NCBI RefSeq assembly: GCF_009834535.1
Contig: NC_045697.1
Location: 20,400,001-20,464,000 of the forward strand
Direction: 5' to 3'
Source: Camelus ferus
Taxonomy: Eukaryota
DNA length: 64,000 nucleotides
A program made the translations under genes and the position numbers. The first letter of the stretch is position 1. Every line of letters begins with the position of its first letter. Shown one piece after another: positions 51,001 through 64,000 of the stretch. Under the pieces are notes generated by a model. It was not told the origin of the DNA and searched no databases. It saw nothing but the letters and a program-made list of their open reading frames with translations.

Positions 51001-54000
51001 TAGGGTGAAATACATGTGTGTGTGTTCTTTTTACTCTTGAATAAAATGTCTAGAATTTTGTGTATCTGTTTAGTCTGCATCCTTTCCTATTGTAATAAAC
51101 ATGTCAGGACAAACTCAGGAAAACCTGACCATCTGCCACGCATTTCTTTTTGTTAGGGTTAAAGACAAGATTAGTGACAAGGAATGTACAATCCATGAGT
51201 CATTTGCTTTCCATCTGACTTTGTAATGTGTCCATGATATGATTGCATAGGGAGTACTTATTTAAAAACCTCATCTTGCTATTCTGTATTTATGCCTCAG
51301 TATTAATGTATGGCAAAATGTAATATCTATTTTCTCATTGGAATGCTTCTATTTGATAAATTAGGTAATCTAAACTGCGAGAATATTTTCCTCAAGAGGC
51401 AAAATAAGTCATTTTTATTTTGAAAGAAAAATATCTTACATGCGTATTTATTTATAACAAACTAGAATTTGGCAACAGTGTGTAATCCCTGCTCTCATTT
51501 TTCAAACCCCTTCGGGGAATGTGTTAAAATGTGTTAATGTAGCTGAGATAAACTGGATTTTACATTTACAGAATCCCCTTCACTGTACGTTCCTGGGTTA
51601 GAATTGGCCAGAAGAATTTACGCGAGATTAAGAGATGGAAGCAAAAGAGAGGATTTTGATTTTAGGAATTTATTTCTGCGTGATTCTGGGAAATAGATGG
51701 GCTGCAGGGGGGTTTTCAACAATAGCCCCTGTTATGGATGCTAGGAAGGTGACCATGTGGGCACCTTGTATCCTCTTTAACCCAAATACCCAACTTCGTG
51801 GTTGCTTTAATCTGTGGGAAAAGACCTTGGTGACTGAAAGCTGAGCACAAGGTGGGTAGGAAAGAGGAACTTATCAGCCCAGTTCTGCCATGTGTTATTC
51901 TTTAATAATCACTCTGAAGGTCATCACATGTGTCCTTGGCATTTTTGAAACTACAGCATCTTAACAGCTAAATAATATCTAATAATAAATCCTTAATTCT
52001 TCAACAGATAATTGAGACTTGTTTTCTTAGTTGAATACATCTGTTGGCTTTGTATCTTTAAGGCCTCCTTTTTTTTTTTTTTTCTTTTTGGTATTTGTTT
52101 AATTTTCTGAGAATATACCTTCTTGGTTTTCAAACTATTATAATTTTTAAAGAAAAATCTTCTTCCATTTCTCAGCACTTTAAAAGAAAGAAGAACTACT
52201 TTTATGTGCCCTGTCTGCTATCTTTCCAAAGTTCAGTTTCAATGTTTATTGATAAAACATGCTTTTTTCTTTTAAAATGGTTATGAGAGGAAGTAGCTTT
52301 AGTATACGAGGTGCCTCACGCCTGCTAGGAATCCACGAAATTCGTGATCACTCGGGCAAATTGTTCAACTTGTCTCTTTAAATTGACTATATTTATCCCA
52401 AAATAATCCATACAAATCAAAGTGAAAAATGTTTTTAATAATGACTTTGAGATTTAACTTCACTTTGAATAGTTGAGATAAGCACCTATTTTTTTATTCC
52501 CTCCTGATTTTCACTGATATGAAGAATTTAAAACTGATTAAATCCCATGTGGAATATTCTGTGATTCAAACATCTACCTGTATAGACTGCATCATGAAAG
52601 ACTGAAAATTGTACTGCAATTGTCTTTCTTTTTTTTTTTGGTGATGTTACTTAATGCCAATGGACATTCACTTTATATTGATTTTTGGGATCTAGATCTC
52701 CTTCACACGTTGATACCTCCACAGATAATTAGCTGTAAAATCATAATTGATATTTAAATGAACAAGATTATCATGGTCTACACCATGCTCAACTATTGGC
52801 ATTTATTGCGAATATAAAGATCACACATTGTAAAGATCAATATCAAAATCATCAACAGATATTTCAAAAAGTAAAGATATCAAAACAACTGCAGACCTAC
52901 TAAATCTAGCTGACATCATTATCATTTTATCTATTTATCATCTAATTTCTGATCATTTGCTATCAAAGGTAGTGAATCACTATAGACTTTAGATGAATTG
53001 TATAGAAATATAAACCTTCCTTAATATTCCCATAATAGGGTGTGTGACTGTGTCACATTAAAACTGGAAAGAAGTAATGGCATCTTTCATCCTTTCTTTT
53101 CTTCCTTTCTTTATGCATTTTTTTTTAAAAGTGAAAATGTTCTAGCAGTTTCTCTACTGAATCCCTCTCAGGTTATGTTAGCCACAATTGGGCCATATCC
53201 TCATTTCCAGTAAATAAAATGGAACCATGCTGATTGGCTTAAACTTAGATTAGGCATGGCTCACCCACTGACCAGGGACAAGAATTACCTTTCCTGAGTT
53301 TTACAGAGGCAAGTTGGACATATAAATGAGAACACCAACCAGGAAGACAGGTAAGCGGATGGTGACAACAACCAATAGTATTGGATGTACATTTTTTCAC
53401 ATTTGTATCATCAGTACCTTCAACCATGCATAGCATAAGTGAAAAGCATATTAAATTCATCCTGCCTGAATTGTAAAAACTTACATTCAGGCTGCTCTGC
53501 ACCTTGCTATTGCAATAGAATAAAATTCACCATTGTTTTTAAAGTAATTAAAGAGTGGTAAAGAGTGTTCAATAAAATACTGAAGGTGAACTTAAAAATA
53601 AGGAAGTCGTTCCACAAAGCTACCACACTATTTGTCCGAGGTAGAAGTGCCTTCCTCAGTTCCATCAGTCCGAGAGAAACTCAGTTTGACATAGTGAGGG
53701 ATTTCTAGGTCATTAGGAGTTGAAGCTTTGTCAGAGTTTACAGTACATGCCAAATGGTGTGTTAAGCTCTTTGAAGAATTCTCAGGAATAAAAAGTCTAT
53801 TTCTTCCCCAAACTCTAACTAATTGAGTTTGCTCATAATTTGGCAATAAGATGCCATAGCAACTTCCAGGCCAAAAAAGAGAACTTTAGTAATTTACAAA
53901 GCTAAGGCATAGAAGACAATTTATATCTTTTACTGATTTCAATAATTAACAGAATAAACTTGTTCCTTTTCACTCAAATATATGCATTCTTCAGGAAGCC

Positions 54001-54294
54001 AAATATAAAAGGTAATCTATTTTCATCCAAGATTTTCTTCCTATATTGACTCTTTATCCTGCTTTTCTAACACCTAGTTGAACAATCTGAAGCAATATCA
54101 CTGACAAAAAACTGTGAAAGAACTTAAAAACAGTTACATTTTGCTGATTTTAGATCAACATATTGGATAGCAGAAGCTAAAATCTTATAGACCTAAATTT
54201 TTCAGTAGTGTTTACAGAGGTGTGTTCCTGTATGTTTTCATTTTTATTTGTTTTGCTTTATTTTGCTTTGTTATGTTCCGTTTTGCTTTTGAGG

Positions 54295-54510
54295 GACTAA
54301 GAAATACACAAAAATTTCAGACCTTGCAGTTACATATATCTGGTTTTAAATTATTGTTCTATAATCATGGGCAATTAACTTCTCTGTTGTTCAATTTCTT
54401 CATTTATAAAACGTTTTCACTAATATCCAAAGAGTTTTGCAAATTACACATAATACGCCCAGCATTGCCTGGGACATAGTATATGCTCAACAAATGGTAG
54501 TTATTTATGT
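54295..54510 (+). mobile_element. MIR SINE remnant
   Basis: TGGGCAATTAACTTCTCTG...CAATTTCTTCATTTATAAAA...GCCTGGGACATAGTATATGCTCAACAAATGGTAG. Confidence 0.65.
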
Positions 54511-57500
54511 TTTATTAATTATAACTTTCACGACAGAAGACCAAACCATCAATTCAGTCTGATACATAATATTAGGACTTAATTTTGGCCCTTCTTAAAG
54601 TGTGTAATCTTGGACAAGTATTTTGTTCATGTTGATTTCCCAGCAGATCACATCACACACAGCCTCTTCTGGCTAAACTGATTTTTTTTTTCAAAAATAT
54701 TTTGCATGGCTAAATTGCAGAACCTTTAAATTATATCTCTAAGCCCATAGTACTTAAAAATAAACTCTTGATTGTCGGATTCCATTAAAAGTAGAATGAA
54801 CTGACACTTTGACTATTGAGTAGTAAAGGAAAACCAAAGGACAAAATGGCCTGTACATTTTCAAAATATTTGTCTCTAATCAGTTATATTTAGCATGAAT
54901 TAATAGGAGAGTTCTAGCTTTCCAGTTTTTTAAGAGGAATTAATTTGATACTGCCCACCCTACTAGCTTCTGACTTGGAGGTCTGACTTCATCAATTAAA
55001 TTCACAGCAGATTAATTAGCTAGTAATTTAGGAAGTTAATCATCATTCAGTTATACTTATTAAGTGTCTTTGTGTTCATGAAACTTGTGTTGGAAGATTG
55101 GTTTGGGAGGACTGAAATCTTGCTTGAAGAAACATTTAAGTGGTTTGGACACCCCAGCTTCAACCTAAATGATATTCTTGGTGCTGCTCATCCCTTTATC
55201 ACTGTTTAAGGATAGATACTGAGTACAATACAAAAGTGTGTAAGAAACGTATTATGTGTATTAGAGCTGACATGGCTTTCATTAGGGCCTGATTAAATTA
55301 TATTCCATGTTAAATATCCTGAATGATTTTCAGCTTTATGCTCACAACTTGCAATCTTTTTTTCTTTCCTTTCTCTGGGAAATTTTTCACATCCAGTCTT
55401 AGCCCACAGATGAAAGTCAGTTTTGTGATTTCTTCCTAAAGGCTAATGGAAATTTGTTCAAATCACAATTTGCCCAATTCAGTGGAAATACCTGCCTTGG
55501 TTCACTCAGCTAATGAGTAGTCGAATTTGGTAGAGTGAAGGAGTTTGAAGTCACGAATGAGGCAAATCTTCAAAGTCTGTGAAATATTTACATAAATTGT
55601 GGCCAAATCAAGCTAGCCTTTTAGTCTTTTTATTTTTAATGCTGCTGTTTCCTTAAAGATTTATGTAACAGTTACTGCAAATCTAAAAATAAAATATACT
55701 TATAAGCATGTATACATATAGACCCATGTATGCAGAAGCACCTGTACACATATCCTGGGTTGCCTTCTGAAAATTACATATTTACATCTGTGACTGCAGA
55801 GGTAGGAGACACTGCTGGCTGGTGAGAGACCACTCATGGATTTCCCTGAGTTGCATTGTCTTCCTTTTCTTTACTTTTCTGTATTTGTGAGAACTGATGA
55901 AAGAAAGTTCACCTCTTCACTTAGTTTGCCATTCTTGAATTCTTTACAATTAGACATAACTTCAGTGAGGATGCTAACTGTAAGATTTGTTCTCATATGT
56001 AGAGAATTCTAGCAAAAGGTTTTCCAGAACAGCTTTAGTCTGTAAAACTTTAACCTCTTTCAAGATATGCTTTATTTTCTCCAATCTCCTTTGCACGTGG
56101 TGCAGTACAAGCATGCTCTTTCTTACTCTGGCTTTAGTTAACTACAGAACAACAGGCTTGGCACCACCTTTAACCTCATGTATCCTCTTGTATAAAGTAA
56201 GTGATTACAATGTATTTGCTCCTTGAGGTCATTCCCTAGAAGAATCTCAGAACTGAGGACTTCAGAGACATAATCTCATAGACCAGCTTGCTACAATGCT
56301 TTGTGCAGAATATTGTGTTAGATTTACAATGATCTGATGCCCTCCTGGGGAGCTGGAGGAGTGGGAAGAGAGGTGCAGGCAAGGTGACATGACATTTGGT
56401 ACATTCTTAGCAGCCATCAGAGCTAAGATTTCCAGCAACACTGATTAGTGTCGCTGTCAAGAAATTAAACCATTCAAAATTTTTTGCAAAGAAATCTACT
56501 ATAACAATTTTACAAATGTTTTAAACAGTTTCTTTGCACTTAATAAATCCTATTCTTCTTCTTCTAAAAACGTTAATAAATGAAGATATGAGACAACCTG
56601 AATCTTCACACACAGAACAGAAATCTTTACAGAATCTTGTATTATTCTTTTTTAAAGCATGAATGTGTTTCCTGCACATTTTATTCTATGAGGAAAAATA
56701 AATTTGTCAATATTTGGGTACATACTTTTACTTCAATTACTTGCCAGATTCATACCAGAATAAACACTCAGCATATGATTTATTATCATTTCAACAATCA
56801 AGTTTTAACAAAGTATTATAGTTATAATTCATCTTTCTTTTTGAAGGATAAGAAAGGATATTTCACATAGCAACATTTTAAAATAGCTATTTGTAAAGCC
56901 ATTTTTTAGTGAATTAGGAACAATGGTGACATTTGGGGGGTAAAGGGTAAGATGTGGGTGGAAAAGAGGTGTTCTGCCAGATATACTAAGACACTCAAGG
57001 TTGCACGTGTGTGCAGTGGACCAACAACCATTGTTTGCTATCATTAAATATTCTTCTACCTTAGACTTCCCTTTTGTGAAAGCTTTTTCCTTTTGTGGTT
57101 GACCTTGATGTTCACATTAACCTGATTTTGTCAGTTTTGAAGCATCCAGTAAGGGAAAGGTTGAATCCGTGTTGTGATTTACCACTAACCTAAACCCAGA
57201 GAGATGCCCCTGGGTGGTGCTCTCCCTGTGTCCCCACTTTTGTTGGAGAATTAACCAGGAACATAAACTTGCTTCAATTTTACCTGCCGTGGTTTATCTC
57301 TGACCCCACTCTCCACTGAGGATACAGACATGGAGTTTTACTGCTTACACTATTTTTGACAGCCTAAGGTGAACTTTTCTTGTAGTCTACCTCTAAATCA
57401 ACTCAGACTAAACTTGAAGAAGAAGAAGAAGGAAAAAGCAAACTATTGTTGTATATGTAAAGAAAGAGAATGTTTTATTTTGCAACTTCTAAAGTTTTAT

Positions 57501-57545
57501 GAATTTGACTTCATCACATTTTTGAACCCACATCAGTTCTTCTTG

Positions 57546-58040
57546 TGTAATAGAAAAGAACAAATCTGACTCCATATTAGATCTGTTTCTTTGGCTTTAA
57601 CCCTGTGCTCTGTTTCCTGGGGTTAGTCATGCTGGTTTTGTACCTTTTGTAAAAGAATGTTGCCTATAGCCTGAAATATACAGGAGAGCCTATTCTCAAG
57701 TCTGTGACCTTTAAGGATATTAATGTTTTTCACTTTATATAAAGATAAAAATTTGCAGACTAGAAAATAACATTTGTTTTGTTGGAGGTTTTCAGGGACA
57801 CCATGATCTGACCCACGTGGACAGCTGCAAGGAGTTTGTAACAACCACACCCCCTCCCCTTTTTATTACAAAAGGAGACTGAATTCTGACTGGGGGAAAG
57901 ATGGTTCTCCAGGACATTAGTCTGCCATCTTCTCGGTCTGTCAGCTTTCCAAATAAAGTCATTATTCCTTGCCCCAACACCTTGTCTCCCAATTTATTGA
58001 CCTGTCATTGGTGAGCAGAACAAGTTTGGACTTGGTAAAA
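57546..58040 (+). mobile_element. ERV1-class solo LTR, same family as 13696-14203
   Basis: Starts TGTAA, has AATAAA at about 57952, ends GGACTTGGTAAAA. TSD CTTG/TTTG. Confidence 0.9.
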
Positions 58041-58668
58041 TTTGTTTTTCCCAATGGAAAAACTTATCCATGTGAGTCCCAAGGTTGTATTATATGTCTA
58101 GTTATATGATTGACATAAGGTTTCATAATAACTGAAAGTGTAAGTTGTTCTTTGCGTACACCTCTGAGGGACATGTACAGGGTTGTTACAGACCCACCCA
58201 ATCCTACCCCACCTCATTCAAAAGATCAGGCAATGTTTGTCACCCTCAAAGGGGAGTAAAAAATATGTTCAAATTTTAAAATTTGTAAGAGAAAAATAAT
58301 TTTTGCTTGAGGTGTGACTTCTAAAATATTGTGAGAATTTATTTTGTGGTAAACTACATCAGAATTATTTCCTGAAAGTAAGAAAATGCCCGACAGCCCC
58401 TTTTCTTTTTTTTCTTCCTTTTTTTTTTTTTTTTTCCACAGTCAGAGGAAAATCAGAAATTATTTTGGTAGAGAGTACAAATTAGTACACAAATGAACAC
58501 ACGCCTGTTAAATTTTCTAGAGATTCGTGGAGTGGTTGAAAACAGAAATTTAAAATTATAGGTAGGTCAGAGATAATCATGATGTTTGAAACATTTTCCT
58601 GTGTTTACGCATTCGAAGTATCCTAATTCTTTATAAACTAAGTTTAATTAATGTATGTGTGTATGTAT

Positions 58669-58718
58669 TTCCTTCTTTCCTTCCTTCCTTTCTTCCCTTC
58701 CTTTCTTTCTTTTTTTTT
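58669..58718. repeat. (TTCC/TTTC)n polypyrimidine repeat
   Basis: Directly visible. Confidence 0.8.
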
Positions 58719-60505
58719 ATCCCTGTGAATAAGCTGGAATTTTGTTAGGGTGACTTGCCCTGCAGTGGCTTCTTGACCCCATGGACTGCATGTCTACGAT
58801 CTTGATGAGATGTACGGGACATTGACCCCAACTAGCCAGAAATTCACCAGCCTTTTTTTTTCTTTTTTGGCAAGGCAGGTAATGCAGAGATGGGAAAGCA
58901 AAATTAAAGTACATAAAAGAAAAAAAAAATAGGAATCTTAGGAAATTTGTATCACTCCTTTGGACCTCAGTTTATACACTTGTAAATTGAGGAAGAAAGG
59001 GCAATAGACTGAAATTAACATTTATTTACTGATTTCCTCACCTTTTTGTTCTTCATAATACCCAAATGAAAAGTTATTTTATCCTTATTTCATTGAAATG
59101 GATTAAGAGAAATATTAAATAACTTTTTCTTGATAAAGACACAAAAACATCAGAATCCTAATTTGACTCTATCTTGAGTCTTCATGTCTCCAATATTTAT
59201 GTTTTTCTCCATTTTATCTCATTATACAAAATAAGATTGCCTTTTACATAAAGTAAAAGAAACAAAAACCCCTCTCTTTTATGACAGAATTTAGAAGTTA
59301 AAAACCCATGTTTAAGATCTTAATGAGATACAGCTTTATAAACATTAATTCTACTGTGTCCTTAGATGTCCAGAGAGAGATCTAATGGTGAGATTTGGTA
59401 AAGGATAGAAGTGAGTTTGAAGATATAATAAAAAGATGAGTAGGCCCTTAGAAGAAGGCAGAGTGAAGAAAAGATGGAGACAGTAACCAAAAATGGACCT
59501 CTACTAATTCTGGAAATCATATAGAACTCTTTTTTAAGAACTGAAATAGCTAATATTTCAATGATTAAATTGTAAAGTCACCTTTGTCTCTTTATATCTT
59601 CCTGAACATTTAATAAACTTCGTTACATGGATGATTTTGCTTCATGCAAGGTGATTTCCTGTTTTCAATTTCTTGGTTACTGGACTTCAGTTTATATAAT
59701 AAATATACTTGGTACAAAGTGTGATGGCCTTGGGCACACTTAAGTCATTTGTGTTTTCCAGACCACTTGTTTTCTATGATTAAATATAGACAATAATATT
59801 CACAAAAAGTACTTCACTGGCTCTATTTCTATCTTTTGTAGGAATTCAGATCATCATCAAATTTGTCAAAGTTTTGGAAATCTACCAGAGAGTCTTTGTA
59901 CAGTGTAGATGGAAAGCCCTGAGCTACTTCTGGTATCTTCCACAGCTTTGCCCTATGTCAGAGCCAAGCTGGCACTTTGACGCTGCTGACCGATGTGGAC
60001 ACTGCTCCCATTGGTGCCTGGCGATGACAACCAAGCCAAATTAGTTGCTTTTGAGAGTCTGCTGATATTGGCTTTCTGACTGCCCATCAGCAATACTGAG
60101 CACATAAGTGTCGTCATATTCATCACGACTCCCACACACATCCCTTCCATTCTTAACGGAACGTTTAGCACCAAAATGACTTAACACTTAACACATAGAG
60201 TTTTCATTATACCAAGGGCCTTAGCAAAACATAATTATTTCCAGTTAAAAACTTCCTACTCTGTCATCTTAGGACTCAATCATGGGTGATGTGCCTCAGG
60301 ACAACCTGAGTAAGACCCTCCATACTGTCCTCAAATTGATTAGCAGGCAGGCCTGACATGAGCTGATTTGTGACATTCAAATGACTACTACTTTACTATT
60401 CACATGATTTACATATATATAATCTGTATCTGTATCAAAGCAACTAATGGATTGGGTTAAAAACAAAAATTTAGATGTGTTATTGAGTTAAGCTTCCCAT
60501 TCCTT

Positions 60506-60508
<3 letters not shown>

Positions 60509-60536
<28 letters not shown>
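60509..60536. repeat. (CA)n microsatellite
   Basis: About 14 perfect units. Confidence 0.95.
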
Positions 60537-61189
60537 CCCTCAAGCTGTGTTATTTGAAGAAATGTGTATTGACTCTTCCAGGAGAATGACAAAGACACAT
60601 GGAGGTCAGAAGCTCTTAACAGGAGAGGCAGTTCTAGGGAACAGAAGTCGATTATACAAACTATCAATTGATTATGAAGCCAAAGTAAATGTCAGTCCCC
60701 TTATATACCTTTGAGAAAAGGATGCTGAGACATACAATAACAGCACAGTGGTTGGCCAAGTTCTCCAAACTCTGACAAAACAAGCGCCCATATGTAGCTC
60801 CTTAATGTGCAGCATAATGAGACATAAAACAGTGAAATCAGGCATTTTGTTCTGAATAACCAAAGTCATCATTCATTGAAAAGGACATATGTGTCTCCAA
60901 GATGGGTCTTAAACTATAGTAAAACTTTCAATTTATCACCATCACCTTCCATTTCATGTTTCCAACTTCTTTGGCCACATCAAGGAAACTTGGGGCAGGA
61001 TAGAAAGCCTTGGAGGGAGGGATTCACCGGAATTAAAAACTCAGTTTAAAGCTAGTCCCTTCTGCTCTGTGGATCTTTGCTTTAGCTATTTATACTTGAG
61101 GGAACAAATCACTGAGAATTTTGATTCTGTGTTCTGGGGGTGGTATTAATTTATTTCCATCTGCATAGGATTCAAGAGAAAAAAATTTT

Positions 61190-61390
61190 AATGAGCTCTG
61201 CACAAGCTTTTTAACCAGACAAACGTGGGTTCAGATCCCGACCTGGCGGTGTTATCATCAGAAAGTTGTCACATTTCTCGGTTTACTCCTATCAAAAGAA
61301 AATGATAACTACTTCATGGAGATCATTGAATGGGAAAGTTATTAGAAACTCTGTTGTAGGTCATGGTAGAGTAGATATTCAATGCTTCTT
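61190..61390 (+). mobile_element. MIR SINE remnant
   Basis: CCAGACAAACGTGGGTTCAGATCCCGAC...CTCGGTTTACTCCTATC...AAATGATAACTACTTCATGGA. Confidence 0.55.
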
Positions 61391-61639
61391 CCCTCCAGAA
61401 GAAGACAAAGTGGCCACTTTGCACTGTACAACCGTATAGAATGTACCAGCCTCTTAAATCATTCTGTATACATTCCCTAAATGGTGATTATGTCAAAATA
61501 TTTACTATGGGGGTTTCCGAGGACTTTCTTGATTCTTGAGGAGCCAAGTGCAGGGGAAACTGCATCACTTTCTGTCTGTTACTCAATTGATTCCCTCTAG
61601 TTCCCTGGCTTTCCACCCATAGCTCCCGAAGGCTCTCGG

Positions 61640-62945
61640 CATCCGCAGCCCTGCTCTAACCCTTCACTGGGTTAGACTGAGCTATCCATTTAGCACCTAA
61701 TTGAGTCATTGGACAGTATCTCTGACATTGCCTGGCCACAAAGGACAACTGATCGACCTGCACACCCCATGCCCGCCATCCCTCTGCAAATCTATCTGTC
61801 TCTGTAATTGACACCATTTCCATCCAGTTGCTCAGCCTAAAAGCTAAGGAGGATGCACGAGCTTGCTGGTTTCACTCCTTTGTGATGGTAAGTTCACTCA
61901 GGTTTCCCTTAAAAATGATATCCCCAAACAACCATTTCTTCCCACTTCCTCTGCTAAAGCTACGAACATCTCTCATCTAGACTAACGTAAGAGTCTCCTA
62001 ATAGGTTTCCCTGCCTTGACTCTTTAGCTCCCTTAACGTACATTCTCTGCCAAAGATTCTGACAAAGACCCTTCTAACAGAACTAGGCAGTCTCTTCTGA
62101 GCCCTGTTTCAGACTGAGTCTCATCCCTGGGCCCTGTCCTTGGCCTGCTGAAGCCAGTTTTAGCAAAGAACCTTGATAAGTCAGCTGAACAAGAACGCTT
62201 GCCCTTGGTACCTGAACACTCTTGATATCTGATCAAGTTCACCATCCCCTACTTTGACATGTAAGACCTTGGCAGGTCTTTGGCAAGAATCTCCTTAGAT
62301 CAGTTCAGCAAGAATCTCCTTATTCTTGAGGTCTCCTCTTAGTGATTTTCCTCCCACTGACTTTCTCACTTGGCTTGTTGGCTCTTAACCCCCAGCTGTC
62401 TTTGCTGTGTTTGGAATTGAGCTCAGTTGTCTTATGGCAGAAGCCTCCTCCTCCAACTGTGGCAGTTACTGAATGAAATTGGTCTTTACTGCGTTAGTGT
62501 CCAGCTGTTTTTCTCTTGGAGATTAGTTACCTTTCTTCAGAAAGTAGTCACACTTTATAAACTATGACTCACTTCTTGTTATTTCCCAATGAAATAGAAT
62601 GAAATCCTATATTCTTTGCCAGTCTTCAAGATATTACATAATCTGAACCTCTCTGATTTTCCTTCTGCTTTCTTCCCTCTTTTCCTCTTAGATTTTTCAT
62701 ATAGCTGCATCTATCTCATCAGTTAGGATGTTGTTTAAATGCCAATTTTCTCGGAAGGGCTTCAGTGAATTCCCTACCCCAAGTCACACCCCCTCAGTCC
62801 CATCACTATGTCATTATTCTGTTTATTTTCTTTGTTGCCCCTCCCAGTGTCTAAAATGTTCTTCTTATTAATTTTTGTGATTATTGTCTGAGTCCTTGCA
62901 GTAAAACAGAGCCAGGCTTTTGATGTGTGCTGAGTAAATATTTTT
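61640..62945 (+). mobile_element. L2 remnant split by a MER31-like LTR
   Basis: ACACCATTTCCATCCAGTTGCTCAGCCTAAAA, CATCTCTCATCTAGACTA...GTCTCCTAATAGGTTTCCCTGCC before the LTR. TTAAATGCCAATTTTCTCGGAAGG...GCTGAGTAAATATTT after it. Confidence 0.7.
62048..62522 (+). mobile_element. MER31-like ERV1 solo LTR
   Basis: TGACAAAGAC...CTGAGCCCT...CCTGTCCTTGGCCTGCT...CCAGTTTTAGCAAAGAA...CTTGATATCTGATCAAGTTC...GTCTCCTCTTAGTGATTTTC...CCACTGAC matches the recalled MER31 consensus. Confidence 0.82.
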
Positions 62946-64000
62946 CACTAGCTATCTGCCTGCCTGCTTGTTTGTCCTATAGAACCAGGAGGTAAGAATC
63001 ATAAACGCAAAATAACATAAAAAATAAAGAAAACACACTACAACCGAGGGGGGAAAAACATGCTTTGCTCTTCAATAATGAAAACAATTTTTCAAAAGTT
63101 TCCATCAGGAGTCATCCTATTGGAAATGAATAAATAATATATAGAGCAGGAAACACACATTCTTAATTCAAGGACAGATTTTAGATCAAAAGCTTGACTA
63201 ACCTCTTAAAATCCTTAGTGTTCTAGATGAAAAGTCACCTCAGGGGGCAATTAGAGGATATACTCATTAAACCAATCGTACAAAGGCCGTGCAGCCTGGG
63301 TGAAAGAGGTTAGGCAGGACCATTAAGAAGTAACCTGGAAAACCAGTCATTTGAACGACTTTGCCTCGGAGGGTACCTTACAGCAAGCAGACACCAGGCA
63401 ACTGCATTTGGTTTCAAGTTCAAAGTTACAGAGTACAAAGGATAAAGGAACTCTGCCCTCCCTTCTTATTTAACTAGTTTTAATTTGAACTTCAATATGG
63501 AAGTTGGGTGACAAAGAAGTATGTCCTAAAGACTTTACAAAATGCTAAGGTTATTTAAGTTACATAAGGTATTTAAAATTGGTCCGTAGCTTAGGAACAA
63601 GGGTAAGATCTCTTCCACCTCTCCCATCAATAATAGCCCAAAGTGACCAAAAACTTTGGTGTTTGGTGGCTAAAGCTGAGCCCTTCAATCATAAAATTGA
63701 TGTCCCCTTTTTATATAATTGTCTCTGGTACATCTGGAGAAGGAAAATCAGGCTTAAGAAACTAAGAGAGACTTAGGCATGATGGAGACCTACAACAGAG
63801 AGAAAAAATGATTTATCTTTTTATCTTGTGAACAAGACCTATAGCAAAGTAGAGATCCAAAACCTTACACAGAGCCATCATGAAGATGGATCAGACAACG
63901 TCAGAAAAAAAAATGTTCATTTCTCCATGCCTTTCTAACCTCTGCCACCAGTTTCAGAATTAAATTGCTCTTTTCTTTTTGAGTTAGTAATTTGTCTCTT

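Noticed and set aside
1..64000. NUMT, non-retroviral endogenous viral element, processed pseudogene or internal ERV gag/pol/env
   Set aside because: No recognisable motifs in the ORF track or in my spot translations. A six-frame tBLASTx/HMM search would be needed to exclude highly decayed copies.

Overview
AT-rich, CpG-poor mammalian DNA that reads as intergenic or deep-intronic. I found no intact protein-coding gene, functional RNA gene, CpG island or prokaryote-type system. The only ORFs with a recognisable product are frameshifted L1 ORF2 C-terminal remnants. Two tRNA-Ala-headed SINEs of the Vic-1 type point to a camelid (camel/alpaca/llama) genome, which is an inference. The recognisable content is layered transposable elements: ancient L2, MIR, hAT/TcMar MITEs and MLT1 LTRs, several ERV1-class solo LTRs with 4-bp target-site duplications (TSDs), 5'-truncated L1s, SINEs and microsatellites. 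The most interesting item is a tailless retrocopy of the 5' half of tRNA-Cys(GCA) at 26281-26319. It stops at the anticodon loop, sits between 17-bp TSDs, and lies about 10 bp from an L1 insertion. Also notable are an L1 with a duplicated 3' UTR inside one TSD pair, two same-family solo LTRs in inverted orientation, and a strict-consensus RFX X-box in unique sequence. I cannot support a previously undescribed biological system here. Repeat family names come from recalled consensus sequences and need RepeatMasker/Dfam confirmation. Boundaries without TSDs are approximate.
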